A stretch of DNA of 64,000 nucleotides from Yuukianura sp. NJ FZ-2021 (GCA_046563655.1 CM102285.1:2480001-2544000); one strand, 5' to 3'; counted from the first letter of the stretch, positions 35,767-48,833 are shown. The notes: generated from the letters alone by a model not told the origin. Made by a program: numbers and translations.

Positions 35767-36743
35767 GTTCTCAAAGGAAATGAGACGGGTAGTTCCATTT
35801 TGCCCGGGTATTTCTAGAAATTATTTAGCTACTACTTTGAATTGAGTGAAGAGGGAGTTGGGAAAAATTTCTGATTGGCGGACAATATGAGGACTCATGA
35901 AGGACTACGTTCCAGAAGAACAGTTCACTGAAAATACAGCGTTGTTCAAATAAAATGGGCAGAATTTAATTGCCTACAATATAATATTTCGGAGTATTGA
36001 GGACTGGAAGAGTTATTCGAACATTTAAAAATTGTTAGTAACAAAAAATAAAATTTTGCAAAAATTATCCTAACTTGCATTTTTTTTGCTTAGATTTGCA
36101 CTCATTGTCAGGTACACGAAGTGATATTTGGGGACACTACACACAAATTCGTATCTCATAGCAGAACTTGCAGTACGAGACGTGTTATTGTATTCTACAG
36201 GACGAGACTTTAATCAATTAATGTATACACATCAATATTGAGCTGTCCACTACAAAGGACGATGGCAATAATTGTTTTTATGTTCAATATAAAATTGTCA
36301 GTAAACTTAACATTCACAACGTGACCTTGACTTGATCTCCTCATACGCTTCAAACGACTAAAAATTGTATTAAGTGTGATACCAAAAAAAATTTTACCAA
36401 TGCGGTTTTTTTCACTGAACTTTTCCTCTGGAACGAAGTCGTTTATGAGTCGTGCCATGCGCCAATCAGAAACTGCATATTTCCGAAATCCCTCTCATTC
36501 AACTCATTCTCAAAAAAATTACAAAAGTACTTGACAATGAGAAAAATTAACCTTGACCTGTGACTGGTCAAGGTTAAATTCTCCACTTCCCATGACGCCG
36601 GAAACAGATTAATCACGCCCAGGTTTTTCCTCCTTATAGTCAGTTTAAAAAGCTTTCAGCTCATCAATTCCAAAGTTAGTAGCTAAATAATTTCTAGAAA
36701 TCCCCGGGCAAAATCGAACTACCCTTCTCCTTGCTTTGAGAAC
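35767..36743. mobile_element. Degenerate foldback/long-TIR element
   Basis: Arms of about 78 bp at 35767-35844 and 36665-36743 are reverse complements; an inner inverted pair lies at about 35870-35935 and 36408-36473. Single arms recur at about 32670 and 39820. Confidence 0.55.
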
Positions 36744-38234
36744 TACGCCGTCTTTTTTATCCAGCATAGCTTTTATAAACTGAACTTAAAAAGACTTTTA
36801 AAAACATTTTACAAAAACATCAGTTTGCTTTCAATTGAAATCAACGTTTTACACGAAATAATCTTTCTGCACGGAATCATTTCAGATGAAAACATTGACA
36901 GAAATGAGCCAAAATTTGTGGCAATATTGAAGGTCCTTTCAAGAGTAGAGATTTCGCTACTGTTGACTCTCAGAATTCTAATAAATGAATTTCTGTTGCA
37001 CTTGAAATAAAATTTTTCTTCAGTTAATAATCATCCAATTACTCATTCAGTCTTAAGTCAGATTTCCAAAGTCAGAAGCATAGATTGAAATTTATTCACG
37101 CTACATCTAGAATCTAAAAAATTGTTTTGTCAATTAACTCTCAAAAAAAAATTCTTTTCACTTTTTCAGCTCAAGTCGACCTTGTTGTTCTTAACGCATA
37201 TTTATGAGCTGTTTATAAGTTATTACATTTACAACAATCCAAATTGGGAAACGTGTTTTCTCTGTTAGAAATTTTATTTATTTATTCCACTGTTAAAGTT
37301 TAACTGCTCACTTTTTGTTTTGACCTCAGTCCTTTTCAACTAAAAGTCAAACTTACTGTTCCTTCTAGAACAAATCATAAAGGGTGCATTACGTCATAGA
37401 AGCTTCTAGAAGGAATCGCCATTAAAAAAAATTGGAACTGGGCTTTCAATCGGAAAGGCTGCTGATGCCAAACTAATGTATTCAGCCTCGCTAGACGACA
37501 TGGCAACAATGGGCTGCTTCTGGCTTGCCCAAGAAACAATGCTTTCTCCAACGGCAAATAAATAACCGCTTGTTGATTTGCGGTCGTTTCGGTCTCCACC
37601 ATAATCCGAATCCGAAAACCCCGTCAGTTGATTTTGTTGCCATAAGTGAAAATTTTTCCAAAATCCGAGTGAAAGTGGAATTCCAACACCTGGGAGCCTG
37701 TTTCAATTTCAACTTTTTCCGATCTCTCAAGTTGTAGTCTTTCTCCGACTTTCCATTTTGAAGATCGACTATTGATGTTGAGTTTGTGGGAATATTTGAA
37801 ACAAATTTCCCATTTCCAGTGTCAATTTGAACTTGAATGGAAGTTTCACGTTTTGAATCCTCATTTCCTTCGATCTGTGTTGGTTGGGTTGAGGAAGGTG
37901 AACTTTCTCCAGGTTTGCATTGATCTGATTTGAAACTTTCTCCTTATGAACATAAACTGCAGTAGCCACTGCTTCAGCTTTTCCAGCCAAATCTGACCAT
38001 TTCACCCTTATAGATGTACACAGCCATCGCCTCATTCCTAATGACCATGTAACCCTTCTTTGTCATTGCTCTTATTGGCCTTGGTAGCCTTTCCGTCAGT
38101 CAGAATAACTTCCTTCGGAATTTCAAATTTTTAGCTCCGATTTATGCTGAGTAGCCCCCGAATCAGAGTACCTTTTCCCTTCAACTTTCTTTGGACATTT
38201 CTCCCACTACGCTTTTTGTTTTAGTCCTTTTCAA

Positions 38235-39482
38235 CTAAAACCTAAGTATCAAAAGGAGAGAAATAACGTTGTTGACAATGTTCTGATTTACTATTATCCC
38301 CAACTCAATATCGACACGGCTAAGTGGTCCACACTTCACCCAGTACCTTCTCAGCGATTTTACTACCATTCTGTGTTCAGTAGTACAGATAACCCTGTTA
38401 TAGAATTTCAAAATGCATGTACCTGACCTGTTGTATGCTATTGCTCCTAGTGTAAGTCCAATGTTTAGAAAAACAAATACCAACGTTGCGCCACTAAAAA
38501 ACAGAATGGAGAATAGTGATATACCAAAGTTCAAACAGATAGCATAATACACAACACTGAATACAGAAGCTATTACACAGTATATCCCTCCCGGCCACTG
38601 TACAAAGCCACTAAACACGGAATAAAATACGTAAATAACTTTATAGTGCTGTATTAGCAACGACTCTGTAGTTTGTAGTCGTTCACATTGTTGTATGAGT
38701 TGACTCAACCGTAAGAGAACTACATTTCTTGTTAAATTGATAATTATTACATACTGAATGTATTTGTAAAAAATAAAGTATAATAGTACATAAAGCACTA
38801 AGAAACTAATAATTATGAGTGTTATTGAGAGAAATTCTTTCAACACTTCGTATTCATCTAAACATGGTAGCCAATCAAGGACAGCCTCAAACACATGCAT
38901 TGCGTCCAGAAAAAATAAAAAAGGAGCAGAGATTGCAAAAAACAGAAGAATATATTGGAACGCAATGTAAAACCATTTTGATAGCTGGTAACTTAATTGT
39001 TCATCAGGTATGTAAAACGCAGTACCTACAAATTTCAGTTTTGTATTTGAAATTACATTTTGCAAAAATATAGTATATATAAATAATGTGAATATTAAAT
39101 TTTATAAGATTCACCTGTTGTTGATGTCAAAGTCAGATACAAAATGTTGACATACTGTTTGCCAATCCTCTTTCCGCCAAATCGAATTCCAATCAAGACT
39201 GATGTTGTGAATAATCAAGAAAATAACACCAATTGTGGCACCTGTAAATACAGGATTGATCTTTGTTAGGTAACAGACGTAAGCAATTACAATAAACCAG
39301 GACAAACAGCAACAATCAAATGCCAGAATCCTTAGTGATTTTCTTTCTGCGTCGTTTGCTAGTATAAATTTTTTTTCTTTCTTGTTCCAGGTAAGTGGAT
39401 TTTGATAAGTATTGTGTGCATTTCGTATAACATGGTGCAACAACAAAATCAGTTTCCGGCGAGTAGATGTATCGCCAGTCAT
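38235..39482 (-). pseudogene. Family A chemoreceptor-like gene with a +1 frameshift near the end of exon 1 and an altered 3' end
   Basis: CATACTGTTTGCC (about 39151-39163) versus CATACTGTTGCC in two paralogs changes WQQYVNIL to WQTVCQHF. Could be an assembly error. Confidence 0.65.
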
Positions 39483-40070
39483 AGTGACAGAAAGCGCAAC
39501 TAATGTTAAGATTAGTACTTCAAATGCAATATTTCAAATGAGTTTTAGTTTATAGTTATTACTCAGAACGGCAGGATGTTAAGTAGACAACCAGTCTTTA
39601 GCCAAGGTTTGTTCGGAAAACTACTTAGTGTTGAAAGCGTGCTTGTCTAAAAATTAAAAATTGAGCTGACTTAATGGAAGGATTAACTAAATAATTTGAA
39701 AGTGGAAAGTTTTTGACTGTTTACTTCCAATAAGCCAATAGTATAGAAATAAATTAATAATTTAAGTATTTCTCAAAGGCTATTTTTGGACAGATGCTGA
39801 AAGCATAGTTCACGGATGGAATGAGATGGGTATTTCGATTTTCCCGGGGATTTCTACGAATTATTTAGCTTACTTTCAATTTATGTGTTATGTGAGCTGA
39901 AATTTTGATTAAACCTGTTTTAAGCCAACTATAAGGAGGTAAACCTTGAGAAAAAATGCTTAGATAGAATCGATCAATAACTGGTTGATTTTATCTAAGC
40001 ATTTTTATACTAATTATTAGTTTTAAATACCAGGCATCTTCTACACACGCATGTCTCCGACACCTGGGAC

Positions 40071-40193
40071 TGTGATATGTTAGCATGATACCTATGTTAA
40101 TGTGGAATGTGATATGTTAGCATATGATACCTATGTTAATGTGAAATGTGATATGTTAGCATGATACCTATGTTAATGTGGAATATGATATGT
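40071..40193. repeat. Tandem minisatellite, about 37-bp unit, 3.3 copies
   Basis: Unit TGTGATATGTTAGCATGATACCTATGTTAATGTGGAA. Confidence 0.9.
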
Positions 40194-41383
40194 CTGGAAA
40201 ATTTTCAGAAACAGTTTTTCTACACTAAACTGCAACAGACTTGCAAACAAAAACGTTTGAAATCAACACTTGCAGACTGAAAGCTTCCGTTTGCTTTCAA
40301 CTGAAAGCAGTTTCACATGAAATTATTTTTTTAAACTCAATCATTTTCAACTGAAAGCAGACACCGAATCTAAACAAAAATTTTTAGCTATGTTGAAGGT
40401 CTAGCTGAAGGAGTGGATATTCTGGTTCTGTTATTGACGCAAAATTCTAGAAATACATTAAGTTAGTTTTCTACTAAAAATAATATTTTGCTCTAGGTAC
40501 TCAAGATTGACTCCGAAATGTTAGGTAAATTAGATTTTCAAAGACGTCAGGAGCAGAGATTAAAATTTATTCACATCATATACATGATATACAATACATT
40601 ATATTTATATAGTGCCATGCAGATCTCCACTCCATGCCTCATTTGTCATTCATTGCTTTCGTGAGTTGAGCTAAGGTTCAACGCGCGCCATTGAACCAAT
40701 CGTGAAAAAATTTGCCGTAGCTACAGAATTTAGCCACATATGCTAAATAATGTTCTCAACACTTTTGGAGAATTAGGTTACAAAATGCAATCAACTAACA
40801 TAACCATAAACCTTTAAAACTAAATCACAATTGTTAAGAAGCTTCGAAAGCGAAAGCTTCGAAAGCGTTAAGAAGCCTTCGGCATCAAAAAATAAAAGTG
40901 AATTCACTGAATGAAACCGTACAGAACCTTTCCAGGCGCGGCGTTAGATTAAGTTACTTGACAATAGTAATTATGATTTATTTGGTTGAATTCGGCTGAA
41001 TATCTGGAAATACGTCGCTACCTACGTTTATTTAGCTTATGTGGCCACAACATGGTAGCTACAAGGCAAGATTTTCTACAGGCAGCTCCAAATGTTGCAA
41101 CACAAAGCATACTAATACATATATGCATAAACATGCTGATTGCAATGGCCACTACAAAGGATCTACACTGTGCGGCTACAATTACGCTCGTTGCGGCTTA
41201 CTTCAACCCAGTCTGGAATTGAAATTCAAGAAAAAAAAATGAAAAACCTGCTGCTCTGTATCATTTGCGTGTGTGATCATTGATCAATGATCACGATCAG
41301 TTATTAAAACGCAGGTTCATATTGTAGTTTCAGTAATTCACGAAAATAAAATTTCATAGCAATTTTTCCAAAACGTGTTTCAA

Positions 41384-42334
41384 ATGAATTTCCTTTGTAT
41401 AACAATTCTTTTTGTGTGGTTACTGGGCGGAAGCAGCATTGCTTCAACTGGCGATAAGTACAGGTTGACCACTGCTGGCAAGTTTCCCTCTGCAAGGTCA
41501 TTTACTGCAGCGATCTACGATGGAGACAATTCCATCTATATCTTGGGCGGAATGCTTAAGGACCGCAGCATTTCAAGAGACATTTTACGGTATGACATTT
41601 CCACGAACAAAGTTGATGTTGCCGGGCAATTTCCAATTGGAGTAGTAGGATCAGCATGCGTCGCGGACGGAAATGGAAATTTTACGGTATTTGTTGCCAG
41701 TGGCGGATCCCTTGGTCCGCCGACTCCCAAATGGCCAATCAACGTCTACAAATTTTCAAATTCAAATTACAATCCTACTTTGGAGCACTCTCTCCATAAT
41801 GCATTCGGCCCAATTTCGGCAGTTACAACTTCAGACAACAAAATTTATTTCACCAGCGGCGGGAAATCTTTGTACCACTACAATGCTACTGATGGAGTTG
41901 AAACTGAAGTTTATACATGCCTCAAGCCAGGACAACACGGACCAGGATGTGGCCTTGACTCTGTCGTTCTTGTCAACAACAACTTAGTCATGGGTGGATA
42001 CGCAACAAATCAACTCGTCGAATTTAACCCAACCACGACCATTTCCCGCGAATTTGAAACCAAACGAACCGATTCTTCAACAATGCTGGCTGAGGGTGAA
42101 GACATTTATTTTGTCGGTGGAAGAAATGGACCACCAACACCATGCAATGGATTTTGCTTCCAGAAGTACTCAACCAGAACTGGAAAGTTGGAAATCCTGG
42201 ATATTCCTGGAGATAGTCGAGCTTATCCGTTCCTTCACGCAAGTGCAGTGTTTGTGCCTAAATTAAACAGAATTTACGTATTCGGTGGAGATCCGTACCA
42301 ATTGGACACAATATTTTACATTCAGCTAGAATGA
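41384..42334 (+). CDS. Secreted kelch-repeat beta-propeller protein, single coding exon, 316 aa
   Basis: Signal peptide MNFLCITILFVWLLGGSSIA; kelch motifs RSFTAA..IYILGG, ILRYD, LVMGG, IYFVGG, IYVFGG. Confidence 0.8.
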   Translation: MNFLCITILFVWLLGGSSIASTGDKYRLTTAGKFPSARSFTAAIYDGDNSIYILGGMLKDRSISRDILRYDISTNKVDVAGQFPIGVVGSACVADGNGNFTVFVASGGSLGPPTPKWPINVYKFSNSNYNPTLEHSLHNAFGPISAVTTSDNKIYFTSGGKSLYHYNATDGVETEVYTCLKPGQHGPGCGLDSVVLVNNNLVMGGYATNQLVEFNPTTTISREFETKRTDSSTMLAEGEDIYFVGGRNGPPTPCNGFCFQKYSTRTGKLEILDIPGDSRAYPFLHASAVFVPKLNRIYVFGGDPYQLDTIFYIQLE

Positions 42335-42899
42335 ACTTTTAATCGGTGACTACAGTTTCTTCCAAAATGTTTAAAAAAAATTGTGAATTTTCAACTGAAT
42401 AAAGTACAAAACCTTTCGAAAAAAAAAACATCTCATGTTTCTCATCATCGGTTACTTTGTGATTTTGAGGACGGATGTTTGACGACGAGAGGACTAAAAT
42501 TTCGAATGCTGTTTGACCTCAAATTCTAACTATATCAGAGGTCAATCTCAACAATATCCTGCGCAGGAACTCTCTATAATTGATCTGACAATGCTTATTT
42601 ATATCGTCCTTGCAAGAAGTTTTTTATTTTAGTTCATATATTTTTAACGGGGCGGAATAAAGTAAATGTTGTTACATATATTTGAATATCATCGCTCGAC
42701 GAAATATTTTCTCAATCGGAAATTGCCTTTTTGGGAAATTAGAGTTTTTGTTTAATTAATAGTTAGACTTTGAGTTATTACATCCTGTATTAATTTAAAA
42801 TATTTTTTTTGACGAATGCATAACCTAAACCTAAACTAAACCTAACCATATCCAGTGTAGGCCCTGAATTTGTTATTAGCATACTGGGAAATTACCAGT

Positions 42900-44414
42900 T
42901 TACTTAAAACTGACCAAAAGATTAATGACATTGGAGATAATGATGTCCTTCAAGATGAACAATAGTGTGGATTTATTAACAAATCCGATGTCAGAAATTG
43001 CAAGTTGAACTGACCGGAAACCCTTCAACTTTTTCATTTCGAATTTTGATACCTCGAAATTCCTCCCTGCTACATATACAGGTTCAAAATTTTGAGAGAA
43101 ATTGAAGTTGTCGGCGCCACTATCAAGGAGGAATTTCAAAACTTGGAGACAGTAGACCAAGACCATGACCATTGCTAGTGTTGTGGGGAACCCACACATG
43201 TATGGGCACTTAATAGTGCAAAAAATTACAGTAATGACGATACCGTAGCCAATTGTGAGGAAGGCCATCACCCAATGACAAAACTCGATGTTGAACTCTT
43301 GAGCACTGAGTTGAACCATTTGATAATGACCGAGTCGTTTGAAATGCCCGCAAATGTTCGTTCTGAAATTCAATATAATTTTTACATTTACACTTAAAAT
43401 ATAAGTATTCAATATAAATGCGTTTCTTTTCCTTTAACAAACTCTTTGATCGTAGCGATATTCAAGTAAACTACGTAAGTAAGCAATATGTACGTATGCG
43501 GTATATAAGTAAGCAACATTTTACCCATGAGCGGCAGCATTCAGCAGTATTGAGTTGCGTTTGAAAAAGAAGATGACCAAGACTAGCACATGAGTTGCGT
43601 AAATTATGTCAATGAAAGCGATCCACGTAAATACTGCTGCAAAACATCCAGTTAAGTATATGTGCAAGTCTCCCGCAATCACTATAAAAAGGGCTTTGAA
43701 AGCACCGCCGACGTGAGTTTCCATTTCTATGTGCACAACAAGAATTATCGGAAAACAAGCGAGGGCCAGAAGTATCACAAAAATACATTCCATGATAAAG
43801 TGTTCCATTTTCGCAAAATTAAGGAAATAGACTGTACCTATATAAAAATATCATTTTGGTTATTCATTCAGTGCATTTATTTTTCATTTTTATGCAATTT
43901 TTGCTTTGTATGTAAATACTCAAATGAGCAGAAATAGTTTTTTTTAACATTTTAAATTCCCTGCTGCTATAAATGTGAGGTTTTTGGAATTAAGATTTTT
44001 AATAAGTGGTTACTTACGTAGCTCGCGACTGGTTTGGAGCAATTTGTTGCTACAGCTGGCAATGGCTTTACTTTTCAAGAGGACAACCAAATGAAATATA
44101 ACTACTTCTAGCATAATTAAAAAGAAGACGAATGCTAAGACACGCTCATCAACATTATTCCGTTTTGATCTATTCCCAAAAACTTCATATAGTGGTGCTG
44201 TGAGCGCAAAAAATAAATTGATGCATAGTGAAGTAGTTGCAAAAATGCCAAATTTTCCGGACGATTCCATGGTAACAGATTGGACTATCCCAGTTTTGGG
44301 ATTTGGTTTCCAGGTGAAGTAGTACGGGAGTACTCCAAGTGCCTGTCCTAAGTTGAACAGTTCTAATAACCGCAGAGTACGCGGATGAACTGGATTTCTG
44401 GATTCTGATTTCAT
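42900..44414 (-). CDS. Family B chemoreceptor-like multi-pass membrane protein, intact copy B1 (exons 44414-44018, 43837-43525, 43362-42900)
   Basis: Three phase-compatible exons, about 390 codons; LGVLPY near the N-terminus; C-terminus GFVNKSTLLFILKDIIISNVINLLVSFK. Confidence 0.72.
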
Positions 44415-45728
44415 TTTAATTTGTTTTCGTTTTCTTATTGTTAGTTTAAGTAACAAAATGTATTAGGTCACTTGTTGCCTTCTGTTAGACAAGTTTTTTT
44501 TGCTTTCTGTTTAATTTATTCTAATTAAGAGAAAATTATTCTGAGGAAATATTTCATTGCAGAGATAACTTAAAGGTTAACCACACTCGAGAAAGATCAA
44601 ACGCAACACTAAAACTTTATAAAACTTGATGCATAGGAGTGGAACGTAGCAGCAATTTTTCTTTATGAGAATGTCAGGAAACACATATTTTTTTCAAAAC
44701 CAATTTCAAAGCGAATGCTGTATTATCGCAACATTAAAACAATTGATTCCTATGAGTGAAACACAGGAACAGTTTTTCATTAGCTGATGTCAAAAAGCAC
44801 ATGAATTTTTCAAAACCAATTTCAAATCGAATGTTAATTTTTTTTTAAATTGTATCTACACGGTTTTATTAACATTAATTGGTTTTTACTCTTCCAGATA
44901 GTGAGAATATTTGCTGATGGATGATGCTATTCGTTTTCCTTACCTTGGCGTCCAAAATATAATTTTTCAACACCACTTTTGAAACTGAAGTTATAAGAAA
45001 TGTGTTTAAGTAGTATAGTTTATGTAGAATTCGGATGTTTAACGTCCAACTTCTAAACTATCTGGTTAAAATTTTGAACAACTGGAAAATAGGGTTTTCC
45101 ACTACAACACTCACTTAGTTTTTAAGTAGAAAGAAAATGGCTTTCCTTCTATACTTCGTGTATTAACTAGATGGAATTTATTTGAATAAGATGATTGATA
45201 CAACGGTACTTAACAGTTTTACTATGAAGAAAAGTAATAATTACGATGAAATCGAGAATAAAGTAAACACATAATAAAAATGTGCAGCCAACGTAGAACG
45301 TTTTTCTGTGTAAAGTGTGGAAAAAGATGTTCGAAGTTTGGCTTTATACAAATAGATGAGTTGCGTTAAAGGCATCTGAAACTAAATCAACTACACTTCA
45401 TGGTGAATTTGGATGATATACATGCAACTTAAATTAATGCAAACCTTGTGAATATGTAACAAACCTTGTGAATATGTAACAATACTTACATATGTAAGTA
45501 TCATACCATTTGGTTGTCTACGCTAACGTAAGTTCTAACTTTATTTTTTTTTGAATTTCTTCATTTTATTTCATCTTCTTGTCTCTCTAAGTTCTTCTAG
45601 AGTGTAGATTTGTGAGCGTAGATTACTATTATTTTGCACAACTTTATATTAGTTTATGCTTGATTTTCATTTTAGTAGCTTTCCTTTCTTCAAGGATATC
45701 ACGATTCCACGAGTTAAGCTTAGTTAGT

Positions 45729-47522
45729 TTAAGTACCTATTTGCTTCAACATGAGCGTCAAGGAAATTGTTTGGTCGAGGACAGTTGCATTGACATTAAC
45801 TAGCGTGTGTTTGTCAATATAGTTGAGTGGACTACACCGTATGTAGCATGGCCTCAACGACCTCCACATCATAACTTCCCTTCGAGTGCCTGTTAGTTGC
45901 CTTTGGACTTGAGATATGTAAGTAACCGACTTGCAGTAAATCATCGAACCAAAAGACAAAACTATGTTTACATCACCGAAGATGCTTGAAGCAAGGACAA
46001 AAAGAATAACATTCATAACGTTGAATTCTAGGCCAAACAAGCATGCGTAACATACTACCGATAACAAGCTGCCAATGACCAATAAAGATGCTAAAGGTAA
46101 TGCCCCCATTTCATTAAATGCTACGGAAATTATATAAATTCTGTTGTAGTGTTGTGCTAAGGCGGTAGTTTGACCTTGGTTGGATAATTTTTGAAATAAT
46201 ATAGGGTCGCTTAGCCAGTTGACCACAAACTGTGCCGTTACATATCCTGAAATTAAACACTGGACGAACTTTTGTAATAAGAAGTACCCTTGTACCCACG
46301 TCATTATAACCCCGACAACAGTACAAGTAATTGCCAAGTAGTCCGACAGCATAGCGTAGTAGCTGAGTTCACCAAAATTACTTCCAAGGATGTACTTGAA
46401 CAACTCTGTCAAGTCTCTGCCCAACGCCACCGGAACGCCAATATCAAAGCAAATACGCACTACCTCTCCCACTGTGCAGAAAGTCTGAAGAGTTCGAATA
46501 TTCAGTTTTTCTTCAGAGATGTAGAAAGAAAACTCTGAAAAAAAGTAGTCATTGACATATTTCTAATACATGTGTTACAAATATGGATAATTATTCTCTT
46601 CATCTTTATTCTTTACGGATCCAAAATTATCAACTAAATTATCAAAAATTAATTAAAAAAATTAAAAATTAACAAAAAGTATCCTCGCTGTTCAACGCGG
46701 AAACTCCTGCTCTATCTTGGGAAGCTTACCCTCTGGAAAAGATCTCTACGAGTTATTCATACTGTAATCTAACATTTACCCTACTCCTTTTCTCAAGCTG
46801 CCTGACAGTAAAATTTTATGACTTGAAATAAAGGTTATTAAAAGGACATTCTATATAAAAAAAATTATCAACGAAATTTCTGAAAACAAAATTCACGTGG
46901 CCAACGTTCTCGTGAAACGTTTTATGAGCTTGAGTTTTATGGCTATGTGTAGTTAGGCTATGAGTTTTATGAGCCCAAGTATTGAAAATACAGTTAGCTT
47001 TGTTTAGGCAACATGAACAATATAAAAAGCAGTTCATCTCATTAGATGCTTACGCATTGTGGAACGTATTCTAATCTTTTGGAAACTTTTCTTGCTGTAT
47101 ATACCTAACCTAGTAATAAAGTATGTAAAAATATAACCTTTGTCGGATGTCAGTACGGACATCATAAAGTTTAGATGCTGCTGCAAGACTTTCTTGTGCC
47201 AAGTAATGATGATATCAACCGTAACGCTCAGGCAAATCACAAAAGTTGCTCCCATAAATACAATTGTGAGTACAGGATTAAGGTTTGCAGCGTAGTTAGT
47301 GTATGCCATTGCGATCAAACCAAATAGAGAAATACAGTCCATGAGAAGTATGGCAGTAGATCCTCTTCTGTATTCCACTGAGTCGTCTAACTCAAATTTG
47401 TTTTCGTGAATATTCCATCGCAGAGGATTTTGGTATGTTTGATTTGCGTTCATAATACTGCGTTTCACCATGTCCACGGCATGTCCTCGACGACGTGGTT
47501 TAGCGCGCCGAAGTTTTTCCAT
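45729..47522 (-). CDS. Family A chemoreceptor-like gene A1 (exons 47522-47138, 46534-45729)
   Basis: Open exons, phase-1 intron; TYQNPLRW and WRSLRPCYIRC..DQTISLTLML. Confidence 0.75.
46635..46860 (+). mobile_element. Extremely 5'-truncated CRE-type non-LTR copy in the A1 intron
   Basis: 46678-46767 translates SILAVQRGNSCSILGSLPSGKDLYELFIL*, homologous to the end of the 4359 ORF (SIAIQRGNAASIFGTITPGKELDEIYYL*). AATAAA and A-tail present; TSD AAAATTATCAAC at 46623-46634 and 46861-46872; absent from the A2 and A3 introns. Confidence 0.85.
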
Positions 47523-48307
47523 CGTGAAATTACCGTCAAATTTCAGATTCAAATACAACGTTCGAAGGATTTTGTGAACAGGATAAGTTTCTAATAGACT
47601 CAGAAGGTTCTATGGAATGTCGCTTCTGTTTTATATGTAAAAAATAATTTTCATGAAATGAAATGCATGTTTTTTAATAGGATGTTTGCAGGGACACAGG
47701 ACTGATGGTAGATAACATAGACATAAATCGATTGAGCTTCGGTGAAGCGGTATTTGTGTAGCTGCAAAACCTATGAACTTCAGCAATGATTCTGTATGTA
47801 GGTACTAAAACTAAATAACTCAAGTTGATACACGTGCCAGATATGAGCAGACGCCATTAGGACTTTTAGTTAATTCATAGTTTTTGAAAATAGTTCTTTG
47901 TGTAAAAATGGAGATGAAAGCGAATGTAATTTTACTGATTATTAATTCAGTATCCTTGTTCGACAATTTTTTTTCTAAATTGACTTTTTGGGAAACTAAA
48001 ATTTAATATTTGCTTGGTTTGAATTGAGGCCTTGAAGTCATAACGTCCTGCATTAATTTAAATTACCATCGTTGAAGATTGCCGCATCCAGCCAAGGACT
48101 GAATTTTCCAGTACTGTAAGAAATTATCAGCCTACTTAAAACTAACCAAAAGATTGATGATGCTGGAGATGATAATGTCCTTCAAGAGAAACAAAAGTGT
48201 CGATTCGTTAACAAATCCCACGTCAGAAATTGCAACTTGAACGACTGAAACTTTTTAGTTTCTTTTGTTCAAATTTTGATATCTCGAAATTTCTTCCTGC
48301 TACACAT

Positions 48308-48456
48308 GTATGTATGTATGTTTTTCAGAGGGATCTCTAAGTGCATTAGGCACAGAGAGGATCTCGGCGATGAGGCGCACTGTCGGGCCTATTTCGCTCT
48401 CTCCATAACACCAATTTAATTTCAGGGATTAACTCTCCCGCCGCTAACCTTCGCTC
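48308..48456 (-). mobile_element. Short retroposed insertion (SINE or LINE 3' end) with a (CATA)n tail
   Basis: 18-bp TSD TTTCTT(C/T)CTGCTACACAT at 48290-48307 and 48457-48474; GTATGTATGTATG tail; empty site in B3 at about 53750. Confidence 0.8.
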
Positions 48457-48554
48457 TTTCTTTCTGCTACACATACTGGTCCATAATTTCGGGAGAAGTT
48501 AAAGTTCTCGGCGCCGCTATCTAGGATGAATTTCAAAATTTGGAGACAGTAGGC

Positions 48555-48833
48555 CAGTGTTCCCAGTTTCAGTCAATGGACATTCTGGTCGTCCGCCCGA
48601 AAACGTCTTTTGGACATTTCGGTCCAAACCCTTTCAGTCGACCGAAATGACAAAAACTAATTTTAACCCTACAGGAGGCGCGGGAAATTTGAAAATTTGG
48701 GAGGCGTGGCCAGGTTTGGCACACGGCGCATGTGCATACCGTGTATGCATTTTGGTCGGACATTTCGGTCATTTTAGTCGTTTCAGACATTTCAGACCAA
48801 AATTTGAAAAAGTGACCGAAACTGGGAACACTG
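48555..48833. mobile_element. hAT-type MITE, 279 bp
   Basis: TIR CAGTGTTCCCAGTTTC (16 bp perfect, 21 bp with 1 mismatch); 8-bp TSD CAGTAGGC at 48547-48554 and 48834-48841; empty site in B3. Confidence 0.92.

Noticed and set aside
40071-40193. CRISPR-like array (37-bp unit)
   Set aside because: The units are head-to-tail with no unique spacers, there are no cas genes, and the context is eukaryotic; it is a minisatellite.
45441-45480. Perfect 20-bp tandem duplication AAACCTTGTGAATATGTAAC
   Set aside because: Simple local slippage, single-copy in the paralogous spacers; no sign of function.
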